From Brumimicrobium ulvae (GTDB lineage: Bacteria > Bacteroidota > Bacteroidia > Flavobacteriales_D > Crocinitomicaceae): a stretch of DNA of 64,000 bases. The position numbers and the translations under genes were made by a program. How positions within the stretch are numbered: the stretch's first letter is position 1; each line of letters opens with the position of its first letter. This document shows positions 48,140 to 55,900 of this stretch, piece by piece. Where the stretch lies: the NCBI GenBank assembly GCA_947504225.1, contig CANNGT010000003.1:56288-120287 (forward strand). Reading direction: 5' to 3'. The notes under the pieces were generated by a model that worked only from the letters and a program-made list of their open reading frames with translations, was not told the origin of the DNA and did no database searches.

Positions 48140-48451
48140 ATGAATTCTAAAAAACAGTTATTGACATCCTTTATTTTAGGACTATCTTTTTTCTCTTTTT
48201 CTCAGTACGAATATTCGATTGAAGTTGAAGATTTTAAAAATAAAAACCCAAAAACTGTTTTTGATGAAGTTTCCCATTACTTAGATGATCACTCAAGATA
48301 CATCAAAGACGGGAAGTTTACCTTCCAATCAGAGAGTTTGTACTCCTTAGAGAAAATTAACCATATCGTTAATATATCAGGATACTCCCTCAAGAATTTT
48401 ACAATTCTTTCTACAAAAGAGGAAGAAAAGCTTCTAGAAAGGAAGAAATGA
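48140..48451 (+). CDS. Small secreted hypothetical protein
   Basis: 103 aa with a signal-peptide-like N-terminus; 20 bp upstream of the next gene. Confidence 0.65.
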   Translation: MNSKKQLLTSFILGLSFFSFSQYEYSIEVEDFKNKNPKTVFDEVSHYLDDHSRYIKDGKFTFQSESLYSLEKINHIVNISGYSLKNFTILSTKEEEKLLERKK

Positions 48452-48471
48452 TCACAACTTAGAAAAACAAA

Positions 48472-49797
48472 ATGAAAAATTTAATTTTATATATAGCCTT
48501 AAGCTTATTACTTTTCAACCTGTCTGCAAATGCCCAATGCAACAATTTTGACACTCAATTTCCGGGCGGAACCCAAACCACAAACTCATCAGTCCTCACA
48601 GTAGTTGACAACTGTATCAGTGCAGGTGAATTCGCCACCTACAATGTCACATTAGGCGAAACATATACCTGGACGACATGTGGTGATACTGACTTTGACA
48701 CAGAGCTCACCCTTTGGAATACTGCACACACTATGGACTATGCACATAATGATGATGATTGTGGACTAAGTTCAACTATAACTTGGACTGCTACTTTTAC
48801 TGGTCAAGTAGATGTACTGTTAAGTGAGTATGTTTGCAGTAGTAATAGTTTATGTATGACCATACAATGGGCTTGTACAAGTTGCCCTACACCTGTTACA
48901 TCTCAAGATTGTGAAGGCGCCCTTCTGGTTTGCAACAACACCCCTATTAATGGAAATGCATCAGGGGCAGGCACACAAGAGTTGAACACTACAAATAGTG
49001 GGTGTTTAGGAACTGAAAATCAATCCACTTGGTTCTACCTCAATATCGGCACAGGTGGCACACTTGAAATGACAATTGACCCTAGTGCTTCAGATGATTA
49101 TGATTGGGCTATTTGGGGGCCATATTCAGATGTAACTGCAGCAGCAAATTGTCCTCCAATCAATTCACCAACAAGATGTAGTTTTGCATTTGGCACAGGA
49201 AATACCGGAATGAATAATGTCGCTACAGACAATTCAGAGAACTCATCTGGAGATGGATGGGTAAGTTCTTTAAACGTGAGTGATGATGAAATATACATAT
49301 TGGTTATTGATAACTTTTCAGCGTCGAACACCCCTTTCGATCTCAACTGGGGTGGCTCTGCTGTGTTGGATTGTACTCCTATCACCTTGCCTGTCGATTT
49401 GACTTACTTTAATGGGAAGAAAAAAGAGGTGACCAATCTTCTCTACTGGGAAACAGCAACAGAAACAAACAATGATTATTTCATTTTAGAACATTCTGTG
49501 GACGGTTTTAGTTGGTCAGAAATAACTAAAATGAATGGTGCTGGAAATTCAACTGAAATCAACAACTATTCTTTTGACCACAGAGACTTTCCGAAAACTA
49601 TCAACTATTACCGTTTAACGCAGGTTGATTTTGATGGAAAAAGAGAAACATTTGATATTGTATCGATTGACAACTCTTCAGACCGAAAATTAATTAAAAC
49701 TGTAAACATGATTGGTCAAGAGGTAAACGAAAATTACAAGGGAGTGGTTATCGATTATTATGATAATAATACAGTTGTAAAAAGATATCAAAAGTAA
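48472..49797 (+). CDS. Cys-rich secreted protein with LPV-type Ig domain and atypical T9SS-like C-terminus
   Basis: Signal peptide; DDYDWAIWGP...PTRCS; LPVDLTYFNG...LYWETATETNNDYF...YYRLTQVDFDG; ends KTVNMIGQEV...KRYQK. Confidence 0.75.
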   Translation: MKNLILYIALSLLLFNLSANAQCNNFDTQFPGGTQTTNSSVLTVVDNCISAGEFATYNVTLGETYTWTTCGDTDFDTELTLWNTAHTMDYAHNDDDCGLSSTITWTATFTGQVDVLLSEYVCSSNSLCMTIQWACTSCPTPVTSQDCEGALLVCNNTPINGNASGAGTQELNTTNSGCLGTENQSTWFYLNIGTGGTLEMTIDPSASDDYDWAIWGPYSDVTAAANCPPINSPTRCSFAFGTGNTGMNNVATDNSENSSGDGWVSSLNVSDDEIYILVIDNFSASNTPFDLNWGGSAVLDCTPITLPVDLTYFNGKKKEVTNLLYWETATETNNDYFILEHSVDGFSWSEITKMNGAGNSTEINNYSFDHRDFPKTINYYRLTQVDFDGKRETFDIVSIDNSSDRKLIKTVNMIGQEVNENYKGVVIDYYDNNTVVKRYQK

Positions 49798-49847
49798 TTA
49801 TATAATAATTAGTGAAGCTTTAAAAAAGTGAGTTATTTTAAATGGTC

Positions 49848-49912
49848 AATTACGAATTACGAAAAATGTATAATTCATCTTTTGGTAATTCGTAATTAAA
49901 CAATTCGTAATT
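49848..49912. repeat. Inverted heptamer array (AATTACG / CGTAATT)
   Basis: AATTACG x2 (49848-49861) versus GGTAATT, CGTAATT (49884-49897) and CGTAATT (49906-49912). Confidence 0.75.
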
Positions 49913-49914
49913 AA

Positions 49915-50607
49915 CTACGGCGTTGTTGAACTCACCGGCAAAATTTTCCCATTAAAAAATCTTGGCGCATTGTAAGCAAAGTCGACAATAAATTCAGCAA
50001 TTTCTGCAGCTGAAACAGGCGCTTTTAATCCTGGGAATGCTTCTTCCAACATTTCGGTTTGCGCAGCTCCCAAACACAGACAATTCATTTTTATTTTTGT
50101 GTCTTTATATTCTTCAGCAAAAAGTTCCGTGAAGCTAGTTATTCCAGCCTTTGAAGTTGAGTAAGCCGACAATCCCGGAAATTTTACACTTCCTTGGAAA
50201 GCGCCCATGGTAGAAATATTTACGATGTGACCACCTTTTTCTATCATCTTAGGCACCATGTATTGGGTTGCATGCATCACTCCTACAGCATTGGTTTGAT
50301 AACATGCGTTTATGTCCTCACGTGTCAGTTCTAAAAATGCTTTATTCACCAACTTCCCAGCGTTATTGACTACAATATCGATTGTAGGAAAATGCTTTAA
50401 CACTTTATCCAAAGCATCATGTAAGTCTTCATCCATTAAATCTAAACGAGCAAAATGGATATTTTCTGCAGTGAACTGCGCTTCCATCGCTTCAAAATTT
50501 CGAGATAATGCGATTACGGTGTTGGATTTATAGGCAGAAAACTGATGAACCAACTCTCTACCTATTCCTCTACTTGCTCCTACAACTACAATTACTTTAC
50601 TCGTCAT
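49915..50607 (-). CDS. SDR family oxidoreductase
   Basis: VVGASRGIG, NNAG, YSTSK (YxxxK). Confidence 0.92.
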   Translation of the reverse strand: MTSKVIVVVGASRGIGRELVHQFSAYKSNTVIALSRNFEAMEAQFTAENIHFARLDLMDEDLHDALDKVLKHFPTIDIVVNNAGKLVNKAFLELTREDINACYQTNAVGVMHATQYMVPKMIEKGGHIVNISTMGAFQGSVKFPGLSAYSTSKAGITSFTELFAEEYKDTKIKMNCLCLGAAQTEMLEEAFPGLKAPVSAAEIAEFIVDFAYNAPRFFNGKILPVSSTTP

Positions 50608-51703
50608 AACTAATAATTAACTCTTCACTATTTGGATGCGCTTGACAGGTTAAAATGTAACCTTCCTCTATCTCGCTATCTGTTAACGTAAAGTTTTTGT
50701 CCATGGTTGCTGAACCTTTAATCACTTTCGCTTTACAAGTACAGCAGATTGCACCACGACATGAATACGGAGCATCTATTCCATAACTTTCAGCTTCTTC
50801 TAAAATAGTATCACCATCCGAAGCTAAATCAAAATGTTCTTTTTCATCATCCAGAATTATGGTCACTTTCGAAACACCATTGAAATCTGAAACAACGGCT
50901 TCACTTGAAGATTCCATCAGTACTGGAGTGGTAAATAATTCATAGAATATTTTGTCTTCCGCTACACCGAATCTCTTCAATACATTTTGTGCATTGATAA
51001 TTACTGGTTCAGGACCACAAATATAGAACCCTTGTGCCTTTAACAACTCTAAATTACTTTTGATGATTCCGGTAATTACCTCTTCCGTCATCATCCCAAA
51101 CATAACTCCTTCTTTTTCTTCTTCTGAGAAAATATGTGTTGTTTTAACTTTATCTTCAGATAATGCTTCTAGTTCAGCTTTGAACATAATAGACGCTTCG
51201 TTTCTGTTGGCATAGAATAAGTCAAGGTGCCCATCTTTCGTCCTGTTGATTAATTTAGCAATTGAAAGTACTGGCGTAACACCACTACCGGCTGCAATTG
51301 CAACATATCTACCTTCAACTTTAGACATTTTAAAATTCCCCATCGGAAAACTCACCTCTACTTCATCACCTGCCTTAGCAACATCATTAAAGTGAGAAGA
51401 GACAATTCCTTTCTCTACTTTTTTAATTCCAATTGCCAGCGGTTCATTCACATCGCTACAAATCGAATATGAACGTGTGATGTCTTTTCCATCCACCTTT
51501 ACAATAACATTTATATATTGTCCTGGGATGTAAGTATAACTTTCTTTCAAGGCAACAGGAACATCAAAAACAACCTTCACTGCATCAGCAGTCAAACGGT
51601 CAATTTGTTTGATTTTAAGCACAGCGCTTGAGGAATCTTTCTTTCCTTTTTTAGCTGGAGCAGACTCCTTTTTACCACCAAACATTTTCTTTAAAAAACT
51701 CAT
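50597..51703 (-). CDS. PaaE-like ferredoxin-NAD(P) reductase (FAD/NAD/2Fe-2S), paralog 2
   Basis: RSYSI, AAGSGVTP, YICGP, CRGAICCTC...LTCQA; Lys-rich N-terminal extension. Confidence 0.85.
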   Translation of the reverse strand: MSFLKKMFGGKKESAPAKKGKKDSSSAVLKIKQIDRLTADAVKVVFDVPVALKESYTYIPGQYINVIVKVDGKDITRSYSICSDVNEPLAIGIKKVEKGIVSSHFNDVAKAGDEVEVSFPMGNFKMSKVEGRYVAIAAGSGVTPVLSIAKLINRTKDGHLDLFYANRNEASIMFKAELEALSEDKVKTTHIFSEEEKEGVMFGMMTEEVITGIIKSNLELLKAQGFYICGPEPVIINAQNVLKRFGVAEDKIFYELFTTPVLMESSSEAVVSDFNGVSKVTIILDDEKEHFDLASDGDTILEEAESYGIDAPYSCRGAICCTCKAKVIKGSATMDKNFTLTDSEIEEGYILTCQAHPNSEELIISYDE

Positions 51704-51724
51704 AATTCTATTTTAATCTTGTTA

Positions 51725-52798
51725 TTAATCATCAAAAGAAACCACTAACTTTTCACTTACAGGGTGTGCTTGACAGGTCAAGATATATCCTGCTTCAACT
51801 TCATCTTCTTCTAAAGCGTAGTTGACATCCATTCTGGCTTCACCTTCTACAACCTTTGCTTTACAAGTACAGCAGACACCTCCTTTACAAGAAAAAGGAA
51901 CATCTGCACCCGCTTTTGAGGCGGCATCAAGAATGCTCATCCCATCACTTTCCAATTTCAGTAGCACCTCTTCACCATCCAGTATTACCTTAACATTGGC
52001 ATCAACTTTTTGCGATGCAGGTACATTAGGCAGCGGACTTGGTTTACTTTGAGTTGGAGAGGTAAACAATTCAAAGTGCACTTTTTTAGGGTCGAATCCA
52101 GCTTCGGCAAACACGTCTTTCACTGCGTGAATAGTAGGTTCTGGTCCACAAACAAAAACTTCGTCTATGGTTTGTCCTTGAAGAACTGCAGCATAAATCT
52201 GTTCAATCTTATTTTTATCCAACAATCCTTCTTGAAGGTTATTTCCGATTTTTTCATCGCTAAACACATGCATCAAGCTAAACTTGTTCATGTATTGATT
52301 TTTTAAATCCTCTAATTCATCACGGAAAATGATGTGGTCAAAACCGCGGTTTCCATATATTAAAGTAACATTGCTTTTTGGTGCTGTATGTAAAATTGTT
52401 TTGATGAGAGACATCACCGGAGTTACTCCCGAACCTCCAGCAAAAAACAAGAATGATTTTTCGGTATCTTCGGAAATTTCCGTTGTAAAGTTCCCCATAG
52501 GAGTCATTACTTCAATTTCATCACCTACTTTCAATACTTCATTCGCAAAAGTTGAAAATTTACCATGCTGCATTCTTTTTACAGCAACTCGCAATTCATT
52601 TTCTTGCAATCCTGTACATACAGAATAAGACCTTCTGATGTCTTCTCCTTCTAGGATTGTTCTAAAAGTTAAATATTGTCCAGGTTTATAGTTATAACTA
52701 GTTGTCAACTCTTTAGGTACTGTTAAAGCTATAGATACAGCATCTTGAGTTTCTTGACGAATATCTTTAACTTTTAAAGTGTGAAATCTTGGATTCAT
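51725..52798 (-). CDS. paaE: Phenylacetyl-CoA epoxidase reductase subunit
   Basis: FHTLKVKDIRQET, RRSYSVC, AGGSGVTP, VCGP, HFELF, CKGGVCCTC; divergent from paaABCD. Confidence 0.88.
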   Translation of the reverse strand: MNPRFHTLKVKDIRQETQDAVSIALTVPKELTTSYNYKPGQYLTFRTILEGEDIRRSYSVCTGLQENELRVAVKRMQHGKFSTFANEVLKVGDEIEVMTPMGNFTTEISEDTEKSFLFFAGGSGVTPVMSLIKTILHTAPKSNVTLIYGNRGFDHIIFRDELEDLKNQYMNKFSLMHVFSDEKIGNNLQEGLLDKNKIEQIYAAVLQGQTIDEVFVCGPEPTIHAVKDVFAEAGFDPKKVHFELFTSPTQSKPSPLPNVPASQKVDANVKVILDGEEVLLKLESDGMSILDAASKAGADVPFSCKGGVCCTCKAKVVEGEARMDVNYALEEDEVEAGYILTCQAHPVSEKLVVSFDD

Positions 52799-52819
52799 AA
52801 TTTTCTATTTCTATGCTTA

Positions 52820-52950
52820 CAAATTTAACAACTAAAGCCATAATTCTTGGTTTAGGAGGTATAATTTTATATCTTACTTATAAAAACTGTACAAACTATG
52901 TGGACAAATGATGAATGGCTTCAGATATAGCAAATAATTTTATAAATTTG
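52820..52950. promoter_or_regulatory. Divergent -7 promoter boxes for paaE (minus) and paaA (plus)
   Basis: TAAATTTG on minus at 52827-52820 and on plus at 52943-52950. Confidence 0.6.
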
Positions 52951-53002
52951 TGGGGATGGAGTTCTTTTCACAAGAACTGACCTGCATAAAAAACTAAAAA
53001 CA

Positions 53003-53956
53003 ATGGAGAAAGATAATTTAGAGGTTTTAGATAGGAATTTTCAGGACAAAGTTGATCGGGAGATTAAAATTGAACCGAAAGACTATATGCCAGATGCTTA
53101 TCGTAAAACTTTGATTCGCCAAATATCTCAGCATGCCCATTCTGAAATTGTTGGACAATTACCAGAGGCCAACTGGGTGACACGTGCACCAAACTTAAGA
53201 AGAAAAGCCGTTTTATTGGCTAAAATTCAAGATGAGGCTGGACATGGACTATATTTATATAGTGCTGTAGAAACACTAGGAGCTGACAGAGAAGATACAA
53301 TTGATGACTTACATTCAGGAAAAGCTAAATATTCGAGTATATTTAATTACCCTACGCTGTCTTGGGCAGACATGGGGATGATTGGATGGTTAGTGGACGG
53401 TGCAGCAATTATGAACCAAGTTCCACTATGCCGTTGTTCTTACGGTCCTTATGCGCGTGCAATGGTACGTGTATGTAAGGAAGAATCTTTTCACCAACGT
53501 CAAGGTTTTGAAATCGTTGTTCAACTGATGAAGGGAACAAAAGAACAAAAAGAAATGGCGCAAGAGTCTTTAAATAGATGGTGGTGGCCTGCTTTAATGA
53601 TGTTTGGTCCTAATGATGCAGATTCTAAACATACTGCTCAATCAATGAAGTGGAAAATTAAACGTCACACCAACGACGAACTAAGGCAAATGTTTGTTGA
53701 TGTTACTGTTCCACAAGCAGAACAAATTGGGTTAAAAATTCCGGACAAAGACCTGAAATTTAACGAAGAAACAGGGCATTATGACTTTGGTGAAATCGAC
53801 TGGGATGAGTTCTGGCAAGTGGTTAAAGGTCACGGTCCATGTAACACAGAACGTGTTGCCGCACGTAGAAAAGCAAAAGAAGACGGAATGTGGGTAAGAG
53901 AAGCTGCAAACGCTTATGCTGAAAAGAGAGCTAAACGCAATAAAAAAGCTTCCTAA
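53003..53956 (+). CDS. paaA: 1,2-phenylacetyl-CoA epoxidase subunit A
   Basis: [32 protein letters not shown] (di-iron ligands). Confidence 0.97.
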   Translation: MEKDNLEVLDRNFQDKVDREIKIEPKDYMPDAYRKTLIRQISQHAHSEIVGQLPEANWVTRAPNLRRKAVLLAKIQDEAGHGLYLYSAVETLGADREDTIDDLHSGKAKYSSIFNYPTLSWADMGMIGWLVDGAAIMNQVPLCRCSYGPYARAMVRVCKEESFHQRQGFEIVVQLMKGTKEQKEMAQESLNRWWWPALMMFGPNDADSKHTAQSMKWKIKRHTNDELRQMFVDVTVPQAEQIGLKIPDKDLKFNEETGHYDFGEIDWDEFWQVVKGHGPCNTERVAARRKAKEDGMWVREAANAYAEKRAKRNKKAS

Positions 53957-53980
53957 AATATTATTTTAAGTAAAGAAATT

Positions 53981-54268
53981 ATGAGTAAAAAAGAATGGCC
54001 ACTTTGGGAGGTTTTTATCCGAAGTAAACAAGGGTTAAGTCACAAACATGTTGGTAGTTTACGCGCTGCTGATGCAGAAATGGCAGTGAATAATGCACGT
54101 GACGTTTATACACGTCGCAGCGAAGGAGTAAGCATCTGGGTAGTTGAATCGGCAAATGTTGTTGCTTCTGATCCTTCTGAGGCAGGACCTTTATTTGAAC
54201 CTGCTAATTCAAAAGCATACCGTCACCCAACATTTTATGAAGTCCCTGAAGGTATCAAACACATGTAA
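53981..54268 (+). CDS. paaB: 1,2-phenylacetyl-CoA epoxidase subunit B
   Basis: WPLWEVFIR, ARDVYTRRSEGVSIWVV, YRHPTFY. Confidence 0.97.
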   Translation: MSKKEWPLWEVFIRSKQGLSHKHVGSLRAADAEMAVNNARDVYTRRSEGVSIWVVESANVVASDPSEAGPLFEPANSKAYRHPTFYEVPEGIKHM

Positions 54269-54277
54269 GCCACGGAA

Positions 54278-55036
54278 ATGACAAAACAAGAAGCATTATT
54301 TGAATTTTTATTGCGCAAAGCAGACGATAGCTTAATCATCGGGCACCGTTTATCGGAATGGTGTGGACATGGTCCTATCCTTGAAGAAGACATCGCTTTG
54401 ACGAATATAGCACTTGACTTAATTGGTCAGGCAACAGAGCTCTATAAATACGCAGCTAAGGTAGAAGACAAAGGGAGAACTGAAGATGATTTGGCCTTTT
54501 TACGTCTTGAAAGAGAATATAAAAATGTTCTTTTAGTAGAGCAACCGAACGGAGACTTTGGTAAAACAATAGTTCGTCAATTTTTCTTTGATCACTTTGA
54601 ACATTTATTCTACGAAGGACTAGTGAACAGCAAAGACGAAAGAATTGCGGCTATTGCAACAAAGACCATCAAAGAGATTAAATACCATTTAAGACATTCT
54701 AGTGAATGGGTGATCCGCTTGGGAGATGGTACTGAAGAATCGCACGAACGCGTTCAAGAATCAGTTACTGCACTCTCTCGTTTTATCGACGAGATGTTCT
54801 ACCAAAACGACGTGGATGAAATTTTAATTAAAGAAGGTATTATTCCAGATGTGAAGTTATTCAAAGATGAATTCTATAAGAATATTGAAGCCATCCTTGA
54901 AGAAGCAACGCTTAAACTCCCCGCAGAAAACTACCAAATGAGCGGCGGTAGAAAAGGAGTTCATACAGAACATTTAGGCTATTTATTAGCAGAATTGCAA
55001 TACATGCAGAGAACTTATCCAGGAATGGAATGGTAA
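54278..55036 (+). CDS. paaC: 1,2-phenylacetyl-CoA epoxidase subunit C
   Basis: HRLSEWCGHGPILEEDIAL, EQPNGDF, HTEHLGYLLAELQYMQR. Confidence 0.97.
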   Translation: MTKQEALFEFLLRKADDSLIIGHRLSEWCGHGPILEEDIALTNIALDLIGQATELYKYAAKVEDKGRTEDDLAFLRLEREYKNVLLVEQPNGDFGKTIVRQFFFDHFEHLFYEGLVNSKDERIAAIATKTIKEIKYHLRHSSEWVIRLGDGTEESHERVQESVTALSRFIDEMFYQNDVDEILIKEGIIPDVKLFKDEFYKNIEAILEEATLKLPAENYQMSGGRKGVHTEHLGYLLAELQYMQRTYPGMEW

Positions 55037-55040
55037 AATC

Positions 55041-55125
55041 AATTACGAATTACGAATGTTTGAATTACGAAATATTTTAATTCAGAACTTATAACTGAAC
55101 AATTCGTAATTCGTAATTTGTAATT
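55041..55125. repeat. Inverted heptamer array (AATTACG / CGTAATT) inside the paa operon
   Basis: AATTACG at 55041, 55048 and 55063; CGTAATT at 55105 and 55112, TGTAATT at 55119; central TTCAG...CTGAA. Confidence 0.8.
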
Positions 55126-55144
55126 AAATAATTCAAAATTAACT

Positions 55145-55627
55145 ATGAAGACAGAAGATATATGGGCAATGCTTGAGGACGTTACAGACCCAGAGGTACC
55201 TGTATTGACTGTCGTTGACCTTGGGGTTGTACGTGACGTTATTCAATTAGAAAAAAACCATTGGAAGATTGTAATCACACCTACTTATACAGGATGTCCT
55301 GCAATGCAAGTCATTGAAGAAGACATTAAAGAACGTTTAGGTAAAGAAAACATCACTTCAGAAGTAGAGTTGGTGCTTTCCCCTGCATGGACAACAGACT
55401 GGTTGAGTCAAGAAGGACGTAGAAAGTTAGAAGAATATGGAATTACACCTCCACAAGATGAAGGAGATAAATCTGTACTTTTTGGTGAACGCCCTGTTAT
55501 TCCTTGCCCAAGATGTAAGTCAAGAAACACAAGATTGATTTCTCAATTTGGCTCGACAGCCTGTAAAGCACATTATCAGTGCAATGATTGTCATGAGCCT
55601 TTTGATTATTTCAAATGTTTAAAATAA
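55145..55627 (+). CDS. paaD: 1,2-phenylacetyl-CoA epoxidase subunit D (PaaJ in older naming)
   Basis: DPEVPVLTVVDLGVVR, TPTYTGCPAM, PAWTTDW, CPRC...FGSTACKA..C..C.EPFDYFK. Confidence 0.95.
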   Translation: MKTEDIWAMLEDVTDPEVPVLTVVDLGVVRDVIQLEKNHWKIVITPTYTGCPAMQVIEEDIKERLGKENITSEVELVLSPAWTTDWLSQEGRRKLEEYGITPPQDEGDKSVLFGERPVIPCPRCKSRNTRLISQFGSTACKAHYQCNDCHEPFDYFKCLK

Positions 55628-55645
55628 AAAATCTAAAAAATCAAT

Positions 55646-55867
55646 ATGATGAAAAAAACTAAAATTTTAATGGCTACAGGAATGTTTTTCTTAGCAGGAA
55701 TGATGTTCACAGCTTGTGGTGCTGAAACCACTGAAGCAGAAGTTCAAGAGCAAACAGCTGAAAAAACAGTTTACCAATGTCCAATGGATTGTGAGGATGG
55801 AAAAACTTACGATGAACCAGGACAATGTCCAGTTTGCGAAATGGATATCAAAGAAGTAAAATCTTAA
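55646..55867 (+). CDS. Small lipoprotein with heavy-metal-binding domain
   Basis: Lipobox FTAC; YQCPMDC...PGQCPVCEMDI. Confidence 0.8.
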   Translation: MMKKTKILMATGMFFLAGMMFTACGAETTEAEVQEQTAEKTVYQCPMDCEDGKTYDEPGQCPVCEMDIKEVKS

Positions 55868-55872
55868 AATGT

Positions 55873-55900
55873 AAAGGGCGATTTTCGAATCGCCCTTTTT
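55873..55900. terminator. Bidirectional intrinsic terminator
   Basis: AAAGGGCGATT-TTCG-AATCGCCCTTT between convergent genes. Confidence 0.8.
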
